A DNA stretch of 64,000 nucleotides from assembly GCA_020638555.1 (NCBI GenBank), contig JACKII010000003.1, positions 112,610 through 176,609 on the forward strand, written 5' to 3'. This stretch comes from Alphaproteobacteria bacterium (GTDB lineage: Bacteria; Pseudomonadota; Alphaproteobacteria; Bin95). Under the pieces are notes generated by a model. The model was not told the origin of the DNA. It was given only the letters and a program-made list of their open reading frames with translations, and did no database searches. Positions within the stretch are counted from its first letter, which is position 1, and the number at the start of each line of letters is the position of its first letter. Below are positions 18,336-31,741 of this stretch, piece after piece. Made by a program: the position numbers and the translations under genes.

Positions 18336-18844
18336 CCACCGCAGAGGCCCGTTTTCACTATCCGCTCGGCAATCTGGTGCCAGACTATCTGCGCGCCGGC
18401 GCCGGCTTCGGCCTGTCCATGGTGCCGCTGCCGGCGGCTTTGGGCGCGCATCCCCTGGTGCTGTTGATCGTCCTGGGGTTTGCCGGCCTGTTCGGCTCGT
18501 TCGGCGTGACGACCTTCATGCGCCAGAAATCGACGGTCATCGCCTCCGACGCGGGAATCCGGATCGAAGGCTTACGCAGCAAGGCGATTCGCTGGGAGGA
18601 CGTGCAGGGGGTCGACCTGCGCTATTTTTCCACCCGCAAGGAAAAAGACAAGGGCTGGCTGCAACTGAAAGTGATCGGACCAAACGGAACCGTTAAGGTG
18701 GACTCGAACCTGGACGATTTCGACGGCCTGCTGCGTTGGGTGGTGACCGCTATCACTCGACACGATTTGTCGGTTACGCTTATTGGACGAGAAAACTTTG
18801 CATCCAAGGGCCAACCATTGCCCACCAGGGAGGATACCGCGTGA
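18332..18844 (+). CDS. hypothetical small membrane protein (2 predicted TM helices plus PH-like soluble domain)
   Basis: ATG 18332 overlapping prior stop (ATGA); hydrophobic stretches GFGLSMVPLPAALGAHPLVLLIVLGFAGLFGSF; stop overlaps next GTG. Confidence 0.5.
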   Translation: MTTAEARFHYPLGNLVPDYLRAGAGFGLSMVPLPAALGAHPLVLLIVLGFAGLFGSFGVTTFMRQKSTVIASDAGIRIEGLRSKAIRWEDVQGVDLRYFSTRKEKDKGWLQLKVIGPNGTVKVDSNLDDFDGLLRWVVTAITRHDLSVTLIGRENFASKGQPLPTREDTA

Positions 18845-20706
18845 CGCCGCTGCTTGAGGTCGAGAACCTCTGCATCGACTTCAGCCTGCCGAGCGGGCCG
18901 ATGCGGGCGGTCGATGGGCTGAGCTTTCGCGTGCCGGCGGGCCGGACGGTCGCCCTGGTCGGCGAGAGCGGTTCGGGCAAATCGGTCACCGCCCAGGCGA
19001 TCATGGGCATCCTGCCAAGGGTGGCCAAAATCACCGGGGGCGCCATCCGCTTTCGCGATCCCGCGGCCAATGGCGCCGTGGTCGACATCGCCCAACTGGC
19101 GCCGGACGGCGGCGCCTTCCGCAATCTGCGCGGCGGGCGCATCGCCATCATTTTCCAGGAGCCGATGACATCGCTCTCGCCGGTGCACACCATCGGCAAC
19201 CAGATCGGCGAGGCGCTGGAACTCCACCGCGGCGTCGGCAAGACAGAGGCGCGCGCCGAAACCATCGAGATGCTGGACCTGGTCGGCTTCCCCGATCCGG
19301 AGCGCACCATCGACAGCTATCCGTTCGAACTCTCCGGCGGGCTGCGCCAGCGGGCGATGATCGCCATGGCGCTGGTCTGCCGCCCGGCGCTGCTGATCGC
19401 CGACGAGCCGACCACGGCGCTGGACGTGACGATCCAGGCGCAAATCCTCAAGCTTCTGAAGGATTTGCAGGCCCGTTTTCAGATGGCCGTGCTGATCATC
19501 ACCCACGACCTGGGCGTGGTCGCCAATGTCGCCGACGAGGTGGTGGTGCTCTATCACGGTCGGCTGATGGAATCCGGTGCGGTCGAGGATATTTTCCGCG
19601 ATCCGGGCCACCCCTACCTGAAAGCGCTGCTGCACGCGGTGCCACGCTTTCACATGGAAGTGGGCGAGCGGCTGGTGCCGCTGCGCGAGGTGGAAGCCGC
19701 CAGCGGCACGCTGCTGACGCCGCGCCCGCCCCTGGAAGGCCACGACCCGATTCTGACGGTCGCGGGGCTGACCAAATCCTTCGGCCAGCGCAAGCGCGGC
19801 CTGTTCGCGGGCAGCCATGCCGGCGGGCGGACACTGGCAGTGCGCGACGTCTCGTTCGCCATCGCTCCCGGCGAGTGCCTGGGTCTGGTCGGCGAGAGTG
19901 GCTGCGGCAAGTCCACGACCTCGAAAATCATCATGCAGGCGCTGGCCCCGGACAGCGGCAGCGTCACGCTGCGCACCGAGAACGGACCAGTCGACGTGTT
20001 GCATGCCGAAGGGGCGCAACTGATGCAGTTGCGCCGCCGGATGCAGTACATTTTCCAGGACCCGTTCAGCGCCCTGAACCCGCGCATGACCGTGTTCGAC
20101 ATCGTCAGCGAGCCGCTGGTGATCCATGGCATCGGCACGGCGGCGGAGCGGCGCGCCTTCGTCATCGAACTGATGCAGCGCGTCGGCCTGGACCCGCGCT
20201 ATCTGAACCGCTACCCGCACAGCTTTTCCGGCGGCCAGCGCCAGCGCATCGGCATCGCGCGTGCCCTGGCGCTGCGGCCGCAAGTGCTGATCTGCGACGA
20301 GCCCGTCTCGGCGCTCGACGTGTCGGTGCAGGCGCAGATCCTGAACCTGCTGAAGGATTTGCAGCGGGAGTTGGGGCTGACCTACCTGTTCATTTCCCAC
20401 AATCTGGCGGTGGTGGACTATATGGCGGACCGGATCGCGGTGATGTGCGCCGGGCGGCTGGTGGAACTGGCGCCGCGCGCCGCACTGTTCCGGGGCCCGC
20501 GCCATCCCTACACCCAGGCGCTGGTGAGCGCGGTGCCGGAGCCGAGCCTGGATCATCCGCTGGATTTCCGCCGGGTGATGGACGAACGCGCGTCCGACCC
20601 CGCGGCCTGGCCGCCCCCCTATGCCGACGCCGACGGCGCCGCGCGGCTGGTGGAGGTGGAGCCGGGCCACTATGTGCGCCAGCGCGCCGAAGCGGCGGCG
20701 GCGTGA
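18841..20706 (+). CDS. ABC transporter ATP-binding protein with two ATP-binding domains (YejF/DppDF-like)
   Basis: GTG 18841 ([14 protein letters not shown]) within track ORF 18736..20706; two Walker A boxes ([16 protein letters not shown]), two LSGG signatures. Confidence 0.85.
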   Translation: MTPLLEVENLCIDFSLPSGPMRAVDGLSFRVPAGRTVALVGESGSGKSVTAQAIMGILPRVAKITGGAIRFRDPAANGAVVDIAQLAPDGGAFRNLRGGRIAIIFQEPMTSLSPVHTIGNQIGEALELHRGVGKTEARAETIEMLDLVGFPDPERTIDSYPFELSGGLRQRAMIAMALVCRPALLIADEPTTALDVTIQAQILKLLKDLQARFQMAVLIITHDLGVVANVADEVVVLYHGRLMESGAVEDIFRDPGHPYLKALLHAVPRFHMEVGERLVPLREVEAASGTLLTPRPPLEGHDPILTVAGLTKSFGQRKRGLFAGSHAGGRTLAVRDVSFAIAPGECLGLVGESGCGKSTTSKIIMQALAPDSGSVTLRTENGPVDVLHAEGAQLMQLRRRMQYIFQDPFSALNPRMTVFDIVSEPLVIHGIGTAAERRAFVIELMQRVGLDPRYLNRYPHSFSGGQRQRIGIARALALRPQVLICDEPVSALDVSVQAQILNLLKDLQRELGLTYLFISHNLAVVDYMADRIAVMCAGRLVELAPRAALFRGPRHPYTQALVSAVPEPSLDHPLDFRRVMDERASDPAAWPPPYADADGAARLVEVEPGHYVRQRAEAAAA

Positions 20707-20720
20707 GGGGCGGACCGACC

Positions 20721-22604
20721 ATGCGCATTCTGGCATTGCTGTTGCTTTGGCTGTCGCTGAGTGCGGCCAACTACCTAGAAACGCCGTATTTCGCCGACAA
20801 GGTGAAGGCCGGCGACCTGCCGCCGGTGGCGGACCGCCTGCCCGAGACACCCGATGTCGAGCCCTTCGCCGACGCCTTTGCCGAGCCGGGCCGGGAGGGC
20901 GGCTCGATCAACATCCTAATGGCCAGCGCCAAGGACGTGCGCCAGATGGTGGTGTACGGCTATGCCCGGCTGGTCGGCTACAATCACCGGCTGGAACTGG
21001 AGCCGGACATTCTGGAGCGCTACACCGTCGAGGACGGGCGGATTTTCACGCTCTATCTGCGCAAGGGCCACAAATGGTCCGACGGCAAGCCCTTCACCTC
21101 CGACGATTTCCGCTATTGGTGGGAGGATATGGCGAACAATCCGGAATTGTCGCCCTCCGGCCCGCCGATCGAGATGCTGGTGGATGGCGAACCGCCGGTG
21201 GTGGAATATCCGGACGACACCACGGTGCGCTACACATGGCCGAAGCCGAACCCCACCTTCCTGCCGGCGCTGGCCGGCGCGCGGCCGCTCTATATCTATG
21301 CGCCCAAGCACTACCTGAAAAAATACCATCCGCGCTATGCCGACCCGGCCAAGCTGGAAGAGCGAGTGAAGAAGTCGAAGCGGCGCAACTGGGCCTCGCT
21401 GCACAACCGCAAGGACAATGCCTACAAGAACGACAATCCGGACCTGCCGACGCTGGAGCCCTGGCGCAACACCACCAAGGCGCCGGCCGAACGCTTCGTC
21501 TTCGAGCGCAACCCGTTCTATCACCGGGTCGATCCGCAAGGCCGGCAACTGCCTTATATCGACCAGGTGATCATGGGCATCGCCTCGTCCGGCCTGATCC
21601 CGGCCAAGGCCGGCAGCGGCGAAAGCGACCTGCAGGCCCGCTATCTGCGCTTCGACAATATCTCGTTCCTGAAGCAGAACGAGGACAACCACAAATTTCA
21701 CACGCTGCTGTGGCGCACCGGCAAGGGCGCGGAACTGGCGCTTTATCCGAACCTCAACATCGAGGACCCGGTCTGGCGCGCCCTGTTCCGGGACGTGCGC
21801 TTCCGGCGGGCGTTGTCGCTGGCGGTGAACCGGCACGAGATCAACCAGGTGATCTTTTACGGCCGCGCCGTGAAAGCCGGCCCCGCGAACACCGTCCTGC
21901 CGGCAAGTCCGTTGTACGACACGATGCGGGATACCCGCTGGACCCAGTTCGACCTGAAGCGGGCGAATGCGCTGCTGGACGAAATCGGCCTGAAGCGAGG
22001 CCCGGGCGGCATCCGGCGCCTGCCGGACGGACGGCCGCTGGAAATCATCGTCGAAACCGCGGGCGAGAGCACCGAGCAGGTGGATGCCTTGCAACTGGTG
22101 CACGATTCCTGGCTGGACGCGGGCATCAAGATTTTCACCAAACCGCTGCAACGCGAGGTGCTGCGGAACCGGATCTTTGCGGGCCAGACGCAGATGGCGA
22201 TCTGGTTCGGCCTGGAAAACGGCCTCGCCACCGCCGAAATGTCGCCCGCCGAACTGGCGCCGACCACGCAGCAGCAATTGCAGTGGCCGCGCTGGGGCCA
22301 ATACTACGAGACCAAGGGCCAATCCGGCGCGCCCATCGACATGCCGGAGCCGCAACTCCTGTTCGACCTCTACCGGGATTGGCGCGAGGCTCGGACCGAC
22401 GACGCCCGCCGCGCCATCTGGCGCGATATGCTGGACATCTGGACCGACCAGGTGTTCACGATCGGGCTGGCCGCAGGCGCCGAACAGCCGGTGGTCGTAT
22501 CGAACCGCCTGCACAACATTCCCGCCAACGGCTTCTACAACTGGGATCCGGGGGCGCATTTCGGCTGCTACCGGCCGGACCGGTTCTGGCTGACACCGGA
22601 GTGA
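20721..22604 (+). CDS. ABC transporter substrate-binding protein, family 5 (YejA/OppA-like)
   Basis: ATG 20721 (MRILALLLLWLSLSAA signal peptide) within track ORF 19875..22604; about 627 aa periplasmic binding protein architecture. Confidence 0.85.
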   Translation: MRILALLLLWLSLSAANYLETPYFADKVKAGDLPPVADRLPETPDVEPFADAFAEPGREGGSINILMASAKDVRQMVVYGYARLVGYNHRLELEPDILERYTVEDGRIFTLYLRKGHKWSDGKPFTSDDFRYWWEDMANNPELSPSGPPIEMLVDGEPPVVEYPDDTTVRYTWPKPNPTFLPALAGARPLYIYAPKHYLKKYHPRYADPAKLEERVKKSKRRNWASLHNRKDNAYKNDNPDLPTLEPWRNTTKAPAERFVFERNPFYHRVDPQGRQLPYIDQVIMGIASSGLIPAKAGSGESDLQARYLRFDNISFLKQNEDNHKFHTLLWRTGKGAELALYPNLNIEDPVWRALFRDVRFRRALSLAVNRHEINQVIFYGRAVKAGPANTVLPASPLYDTMRDTRWTQFDLKRANALLDEIGLKRGPGGIRRLPDGRPLEIIVETAGESTEQVDALQLVHDSWLDAGIKIFTKPLQREVLRNRIFAGQTQMAIWFGLENGLATAEMSPAELAPTTQQQLQWPRWGQYYETKGQSGAPIDMPEPQLLFDLYRDWREARTDDARRAIWRDMLDIWTDQVFTIGLAAGAEQPVVVSNRLHNIPANGFYNWDPGAHFGCYRPDRFWLTPE

Positions 22605-22665
22605 GGGTCCGCGCCATGCACACGCCGCAAGCAACGCACGACCCGAGGGACAGGCAGGCCGCCCG

Positions 22666-23664
22666 ATGCTGAACTACACGGCCCAGCGCATCCTGATGAT
22701 GGTTCCGACCCTGCTGGCGATCAGCGTGTTGGTGTTCGTCATCATCCAACTGCCGCCCGGCGACTATCTCACCACCTACATGGCCGAATTGCAGTCCCAG
22801 GGCGAGGCGGTCGACCAGAGCAAGATCGAGTTCCTGCGCCAGCAATACGGCCTCGACAAGCCCTATTGGGAGCAATACCTGCTCTGGCTCGGCGGCATGC
22901 TGACCGGCGATTTCGGCTATTCCTTCGCCTACGACCTGCCCGTGAGCGAGGTGGTGGGAGACCGGCTCTATCTCAGTTTCCTGTTATCGTTCTCCACCAT
23001 CATCTTCACCTGGATCGTCGCCTTTCCCATCGGCATTTATTCGGCGACGAACCAGTATAGCTGGGGCGATCACGGCCTGACGCTGGTCGGCTTCCTGGGG
23101 CTGGCGACGCCGAACTTCCTGCTGGCGCTGGTGCTGCTCTATTTCGGCAAGGTCTGGTTCGGCACCTCCATCGGCGGCCTGATGGCGCCGGAATTCCTGG
23201 ACCAGCCCATGTCCTGGGCCAAATTCCTGAGCGTGCTGGAGCATTTGTGGGTGCCGGTCGTGGTGATCGGCACGTCCGGCACGGCCGGCATGATCCGCCG
23301 CCTGCGCGCCAACCTGCTGGACGAACTGCAGAAACAATATGTGACCACGGCCCGAGCCAAAGGCCTCAGTCCCTTGAAAGTCTTGACGAAATACCCGCTG
23401 CGCATGGCGCTGAACCCGTTCATCGCCGACATCGGCAACCTGTTGCCGCAGGTGGTCTCCGGTGCCGCCATCGTCTCGCTGGTGCTGTCGCTGCCGACCA
23501 CCGGGCCGATGCTGATCGAGGCACTCAGGGCGCAGGACATGTATCTGGCGGGCTCGTTCCTGATGTTCCTGGCCTCGCTGACGGTCATCGGCGTCCTGAT
23601 CTCCGATCTGGCCCTGGCCGCGCTCGACCCGCGCATCCGCCTGGGCGGAGGCAATGGCGAATGA
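22666..23664 (+). CDS. ABC transporter permease (YejB/DppB-like)
   Basis: 332 aa polytopic; binding-protein-dependent permease EAA-like region (ARAKGLSPLKVLTKYPLRMALNP). Confidence 0.85.
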   Translation: MLNYTAQRILMMVPTLLAISVLVFVIIQLPPGDYLTTYMAELQSQGEAVDQSKIEFLRQQYGLDKPYWEQYLLWLGGMLTGDFGYSFAYDLPVSEVVGDRLYLSFLLSFSTIIFTWIVAFPIGIYSATNQYSWGDHGLTLVGFLGLATPNFLLALVLLYFGKVWFGTSIGGLMAPEFLDQPMSWAKFLSVLEHLWVPVVVIGTSGTAGMIRRLRANLLDELQKQYVTTARAKGLSPLKVLTKYPLRMALNPFIADIGNLLPQVVSGAAIVSLVLSLPTTGPMLIEALRAQDMYLAGSFLMFLASLTVIGVLISDLALAALDPRIRLGGGNGE

Positions 23665-24845
23665 CCGCCCCGCCCCGCCGCCCCGACCTGGACCCCCTGC
23701 CGCACACCGTTTCCAAGGCGCCGTTCGACCCCTATTCGGTCGAGGCCGTGACGGCCGAGCAGGAACGCTATTACCTGGCCACCCAGTGGCAGTTGATGTG
23801 GTGGAAGCTGAAACGCCACCGGCTGGCGGTCTGGTCCGGCCTGTTCCTGATCGCGCTCTACGCCTCGATCCTGGTCAGCGAAATCCTGGCACCCTACGCG
23901 CTGCAAACGCGGAACACCGACTTCCTCTACCATCCGCCGCAGGAGGTGCACTGGTTCCACGACGGCGCCTTCGTCGGCCCGTTCGTCTACAAGAGCGTCG
24001 GGGAGTTCGACCTCAAGGATTTCCAGTGGCGCTATACGGAAGACACGACCCTGCCGCAGCCGCTGCGCTTTTTCTGCCTGGGCGATTCCTACCGCTATTT
24101 CGGCATGATCGAGGGGCGGTTCCACCTGGTCTGCCCGGCCGAAGGCGGCCAGTTGTTCCTGCTCGGCACCGACCGGCTGGGGCGGGACGTGCTGTCGCGC
24201 ATCATCTATGGCGCGCGCATCTCGCTGACGGTCGGCCTGTTCGGCATCACGATCTCGTTCGCCATCGGCATCCTCCTGGGCGGGCTGGCCGGCTATTACG
24301 GCGGCTGGGTCGACAATACGGTGCAGCGCGCGATCGAGGTGGTGCGCTCGTTTCCGGAACTGCCGTTGTGGATGGCCCTGTCCGCCGCCCTGCCGGTGAC
24401 GTGGAGCCCGATCCTGGTCTATTTCGGCATCACCATCATCCTGGGCATGTTGGACTGGACCGGGCTCGCGCGCGCCGTGCGCTCGAAGCTGCTGGCTCTG
24501 CGCGAGGAGGATTTCACCACCGCCGCGGTGCTGATGGGCGCCAAGCCGGCGCGGGTGATCGGCCGCCACCTGATCCCCAACTTCATGAGCCATCTGATCG
24601 CATCGGCCACGCTTTCCATCCCCAGCATGATTCTGGGCGAGACCGCGCTCAGCTTTCTCGGCCTGGGCCTGCGCCCGCCGATCACCAGCTGGGGCGTGCT
24701 GCTGGTGGAGGCGCAGAACATCAACGTGGTCGCGCTCTATCCCTGGCTGATGCTGCCGGTGGTGCCGGTGATTCTGACCATCCTGGCCTTCAACTTCCTG
24801 GGCGACGGACTGCGCGACGCGGCAGACCCATACAAGAGCGGCTGA
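23661..24845 (+). CDS. ABC transporter permease (YejE/DppC-like)
   Basis: ATG 23661 overlaps previous stop (ATGA); within track ORF 23247..24845; permease signature (GAKPARVIGRHLIPN). Confidence 0.85.
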   Translation: MTAPPRRPDLDPLPHTVSKAPFDPYSVEAVTAEQERYYLATQWQLMWWKLKRHRLAVWSGLFLIALYASILVSEILAPYALQTRNTDFLYHPPQEVHWFHDGAFVGPFVYKSVGEFDLKDFQWRYTEDTTLPQPLRFFCLGDSYRYFGMIEGRFHLVCPAEGGQLFLLGTDRLGRDVLSRIIYGARISLTVGLFGITISFAIGILLGGLAGYYGGWVDNTVQRAIEVVRSFPELPLWMALSAALPVTWSPILVYFGITIILGMLDWTGLARAVRSKLLALREEDFTTAAVLMGAKPARVIGRHLIPNFMSHLIASATLSIPSMILGETALSFLGLGLRPPITSWGVLLVEAQNINVVALYPWLMLPVVPVILTILAFNFLGDGLRDAADPYKSG

Positions 24846-24984
24846 TCACAAACCTTTGTTAACGCGTGCCGGCGCGGTGCAATTGCATCGTGCCGGGTCC
24901 GGGCGTAGGGTCTGCCGCTGGCGCTTATCCCCCTCCTGCGCCGCCCCCACTCAACCCCCGTCGCTTTGACGAAGGAGAGTTTTC

Positions 24985-25467
24985 ATGCGGTTTCTTTTGG
25001 CGTTGGCCTTGGGCCTGTTCCTGGCGGCCTGTAGCACCAGCCAGCAGGCTGGCACCGATGCCAGCGGCACCGGCGGCACCGGCACCACCACCCAGCCGGC
25101 CGGCCCTGCCCCCAACACCCAGGCCTATTTGAACCAGACCATCGGCGATCGGGTCTTCTTTGATTTCGACCGTTACACCGTTCGCCCGGACATGCAGGGC
25201 ACCGTGGCGGCCTGGGCCAAATGGATGCAGGAAAACCCGTCCGTTCGCGTGCTGATCGAAGGCCATGCCGACGAGCGCGGCACCCGCGACTACAACTACG
25301 CGCTGGGCGCCCGTCGCTCGCACGAGGTCAAGGTGGCGTTGATGGCCATGGGCGTCGCGGAAAACCGGATCGAGACCACGACCTTCGGCAAGGACCGTCC
25401 GGCCGTGCTCGGCTCGAACGAGGCCGCGTGGGCGAAGAACCGCCGCGCCGTCGTCGTGGTGCAATAA
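24985..25467 (+). CDS. pal: peptidoglycan-associated lipoprotein
   Basis: Lipobox LAAC, low-complexity linker, OmpA-like C-terminal domain (NYALGARRSHEV...NRRAVVVV); AAGGAG RBS. Confidence 0.9.
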   Translation: MRFLLALALGLFLAACSTSQQAGTDASGTGGTGTTTQPAGPAPNTQAYLNQTIGDRVFFDFDRYTVRPDMQGTVAAWAKWMQENPSVRVLIEGHADERGTRDYNYALGARRSHEVKVALMAMGVAENRIETTTFGKDRPAVLGSNEAAWAKNRRAVVVVQ

Positions 25468-25482
25468 GAGACGGAGGGCGCC

Positions 25483-25926
25483 ATGCGCTGGCAAACGACA
25501 GCCCTGCGCCTCCTCCTTCTCGGCCTGCTGCTGCCGACGGCAGCGGCAGGCGCCGACGACAGGGCGGCGCTGCGTGCGCCGCTGCTGCGCGGCGATTTCC
25601 AGGCCGCGGCCCAGCCGCGGCCGGCGGATGCGGCGGCATTGCCGCCCGCTCTGGCGGACGAGGCGGACTATTATCGCGGCCTCGCCGCCTTCGCCTTGCA
25701 GGACTACCCGACCGCCATCGCCACCCTCGGCCCGGTTGCGGAGAAGCACGGCGCACAGCCGCTGGGCCTGCGTGCGGCGGTGGTCGCAACGCTGGCGCTT
25801 TCGCGCAACGGCGACCGCGACAATGCCTGCCGCTATGCGGGCATCGTGCTGCCGCTGACCGACAAAATGGCGCCGATCTGGCGGGTCTGGGTCGAAGAGG
25901 CAAAACGCAGCAGCGGATGCGAATAG
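25483..25926 (+). CDS. short secreted TPR-like protein, possible YbgF/CpoB-like
   Basis: Signal peptide (LLLLGLLLPTAAAGA); single TPR-like stretch; position immediately after pal as cpoB is in many genomes; shorter than typical CpoB. Confidence 0.45.
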   Translation: MRWQTTALRLLLLGLLLPTAAAGADDRAALRAPLLRGDFQAAAQPRPADAAALPPALADEADYYRGLAAFALQDYPTAIATLGPVAEKHGAQPLGLRAAVVATLALSRNGDRDNACRYAGIVLPLTDKMAPIWRVWVEEAKRSSGCE

Positions 25927-25989
25927 CCCGGCAAACCGGCCGTTAGGGCCGCGCCCCCTGCCGCCCGACTTTGCCGCAACAATCGGTGG

Positions 25990-27302
25990 ATGGCCTGCGC
26001 GATGGGCAGTGCGGCGGATTTTCCCGGTCAACACGATTTTCCCCCTCCCGAGAGGACGGACCGTCCGCTCGGAGCGACCCTGGCGGTTGCGGTGTCCGGC
26101 GGTGCCGACAGCACCGCCTTGCTGCTGCATGCTGCGGCGACGCATACGCCGTCCGCGCTGGTCGCGCTCGCCATCGATCACGGCACCCGTGTCGCCACCG
26201 CAGCCGAGCGCGCCCGGATCGCCGGACTGGCGCAGCGCCTCGGCATCGCCTTCCGCACCCTGACCGTGCAGCCGAAGGGCCATGGCCACGCCCATTGGCG
26301 CGCGGCACGCCTGGAGGCTCTGGTCGGTTTCTGTCGCGACCACGGCCTTGCCCGGCTCTGGCTCGGCCAGCATGGCGACGACGCCATCGAGACCGCCGCC
26401 ATCCGCCTGCTGGCCGGTGGCCCGCTGGAAGGGCTGGCCGGCATCAGCGCCGCCCGGAGCGTGGACGGCGTGCGGATCGAACGGCCCCTGCTCGACCGCT
26501 CGGCCCGCGACCTGCGCCGCGGCCTGATGGCCGCCGGCGTCGGCTGGGCGGAGGACCCGTCGAACCGCAACCCTGCCTACAAGCGCTCCGCTGTCCGCCG
26601 GGTGCTGAACGCCCCCCTCCCGGACCGGGTCGGAACGCAGGCACAAGCCCGGGACGCAGAGCGGGTGCGCCGCATCGCCCGCTGGCGCATGGCACGCGAG
26701 CGCCTGGAGGCGGAGGCCTGGGCGCTGGCGGCGACGGTCTCGCCGCTGGGCGCGGTGGCCTTCGATGCCGCGATGCTGCGCGCGCTTTCGCCCGGTCTCG
26801 CCGAACGTCTGCTGCGGCGCGCGGCCCGGCTGGCGGTCGGCCCGGCGACGGGGCGGCCGACCGGTTGCGCCAGGCCGACTTCGCGGCCGCCCTGCACCAT
26901 GGCCCGCCCGCCACGCTGGGCGGCGCGCGGCTGGCGGCAGACGGCGGCCGTTGGTGGGTGGCGCGGCGGGCGGAAAGCATCGTCGCGGCCCTGCCTCTTA
27001 GCGGCGGCGCGGTATGCGAAGACACGGTCTGGGACGGGCGCTGCCGGGTGACCCTGCGCGCGGCACCGCCGGCCGGCGCCTGGACGGTCGAAGCCCTGGC
27101 GGGGCGGCGCGTCGGCGCCCTGGAGCGGCTGGCGCCGGCCACCGTGCTGGACGGCCTGCCGGCGCTTTTCGGCGACGGCCGCCTTGCGGCTATTCCGCAC
27201 CTGGGCCTCTGGCGCGGGCCGCACGGCCCGTTCTGGGCGTCCAATCTGGCTTGCGCCTGGCTTACACCCGACGAGGCCGCGAATTTTCGGCTTGTGCCCT
27301 AG
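25990..27302 (+). CDS. tilS: tRNA(Ile)-lysidine synthetase, reading frame interrupted near 26840-26890
   Basis: PP-loop SGGADS motif (LAVAVSGGADSTALLL) in frame of track ORF 25990..27051; plausible C-terminal domain (ATLGGARLAADGGRWWV...) continues in +1 frame to 27302 (track ORF 25971..27302). Confidence 0.6.
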
Positions 27303-27392
27303 CCATCGCGTCTTATCTTCTTCATACATCCATAATGTCTGGAAGTCCGCATCGAGCGCGGGCCGCTTGGCGTCGCCAACCTGGGATACCTA

Positions 27393-29294
<1,902 letters not shown>

Positions 29295-29593
29295 TCAAGA
29301 CCCTATCGCCGCCCCGGCTCTATCTGGAGCCCCTCGACCTGCTGCCCCGTCCCAGCCGCCCGCACGCCGACAGCGTGCCGGCGCTGGGCGGTGCCGTTTC
29401 GGCACTGAGCATCGGCATCTGGCGGCCGGACACCCCCAAACCGCGCACGGTACTGGCCGCCGGCGAACTGCCCGCGTGGCTCGACACCCTGGACGCGGGC
29501 GAGCGCGAGCAGGCCCGGCGCGTCGTCGACCACTGGCGACGCCCACCGGGGTTTTGCGGCGTGCCGGACGGCCATGATGCACGGCCCTCGCTG

Positions 29594-30355
29594 ATGGGGG
29601 TAGTCAATCTGACCCCCGACAGCTTCTATGCCCATTCCCGCAAGCCGGACATCGCCGCCGCCATCGCCCATGGCCGGCAACTGGCGGCGGAGGGGGCCGC
29701 GATCCTCGATATCGGCAGCCAGTCGACCCGGCCCGGCAGCGACCTGGTCGCCGCCACCGAGCGGGAGTGCGCGGCGGCCCTGCCGGTGATCCGCACGCTG
29801 GCGGCGGAAGGCGCCGTGGTCTCGACCGACACGCTGCGCCCGTCGGTGGCCGAAGCGGCGATTGCGGCGGGCGCCCGCATCGTCAACGACGTCTCCGGCC
29901 TGATGCCGGCGGCGGCGCTGACGGACGGCGCCGCGGTCGTCATCGGCCATATGCGGGGCAATCCCACCACCATGCAGCGCTGGCCGCGCTCGGCCCGCGG
30001 CATTTTCAGCCTCTATGACTGGTTCGACGCCCGGATCGCCGCGCTGACCGCCACCGGGGTGGCGCGGCACCGCATCGCCATCGACCCGGGTTTCGGCTTC
30101 GGCAAAGGGGTGCACCACAACCAGGCCATCTTGCAGCATCTGCCCCTGCTCTCCGGCCTGGGCGTGGCGATTGTCATCGGTGTCTCGCGCAAGGCCTCGC
30201 TGGGCTTCATCGCCGGCGCGCCGGCCGCCGCGGACCGCCTGCCCGCCTCGCTGGCGGCCGCCCTGGTCGCGGAACAGGGCGGGGCAGCCATTCTGCGCGT
30301 CCACGATGTCGCCGCCACGCGACAGGCGCTGCAAATCGCCCGATTCTTCCGCTAA
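29594..30355 (+). CDS. folP: dihydropteroate synthase
   Basis: ATG 29594 (MGVVNLTPDSFY) within track ORF 29291..30355; pterin-binding motifs (ILDIGSQSTRPG, IDPGFGFGK); order ftsH-folP-glmM as in many bacteria; in-frame upstream extension possible. Confidence 0.8.
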   Translation: MGVVNLTPDSFYAHSRKPDIAAAIAHGRQLAAEGAAILDIGSQSTRPGSDLVAATERECAAALPVIRTLAAEGAVVSTDTLRPSVAEAAIAAGARIVNDVSGLMPAAALTDGAAVVIGHMRGNPTTMQRWPRSARGIFSLYDWFDARIAALTATGVARHRIAIDPGFGFGKGVHHNQAILQHLPLLSGLGVAIVIGVSRKASLGFIAGAPAAADRLPASLAAALVAEQGGAAILRVHDVAATRQALQIARFFR

Positions 30356-30391
30356 AAGGGTATGAACCGAAACACGTAGGGCTGGCACAGC

Positions 30392-31737
<1,346 letters not shown>

Positions 31738-31741
<4 letters not shown>

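Noticed and set aside
25971-27302. 443-aa track ORF as a distinct gene
   Set aside because: Only its last about 140 codons look protein-like, and they correspond to the TilS C-terminal domain. The rest is the off-frame of tilS.
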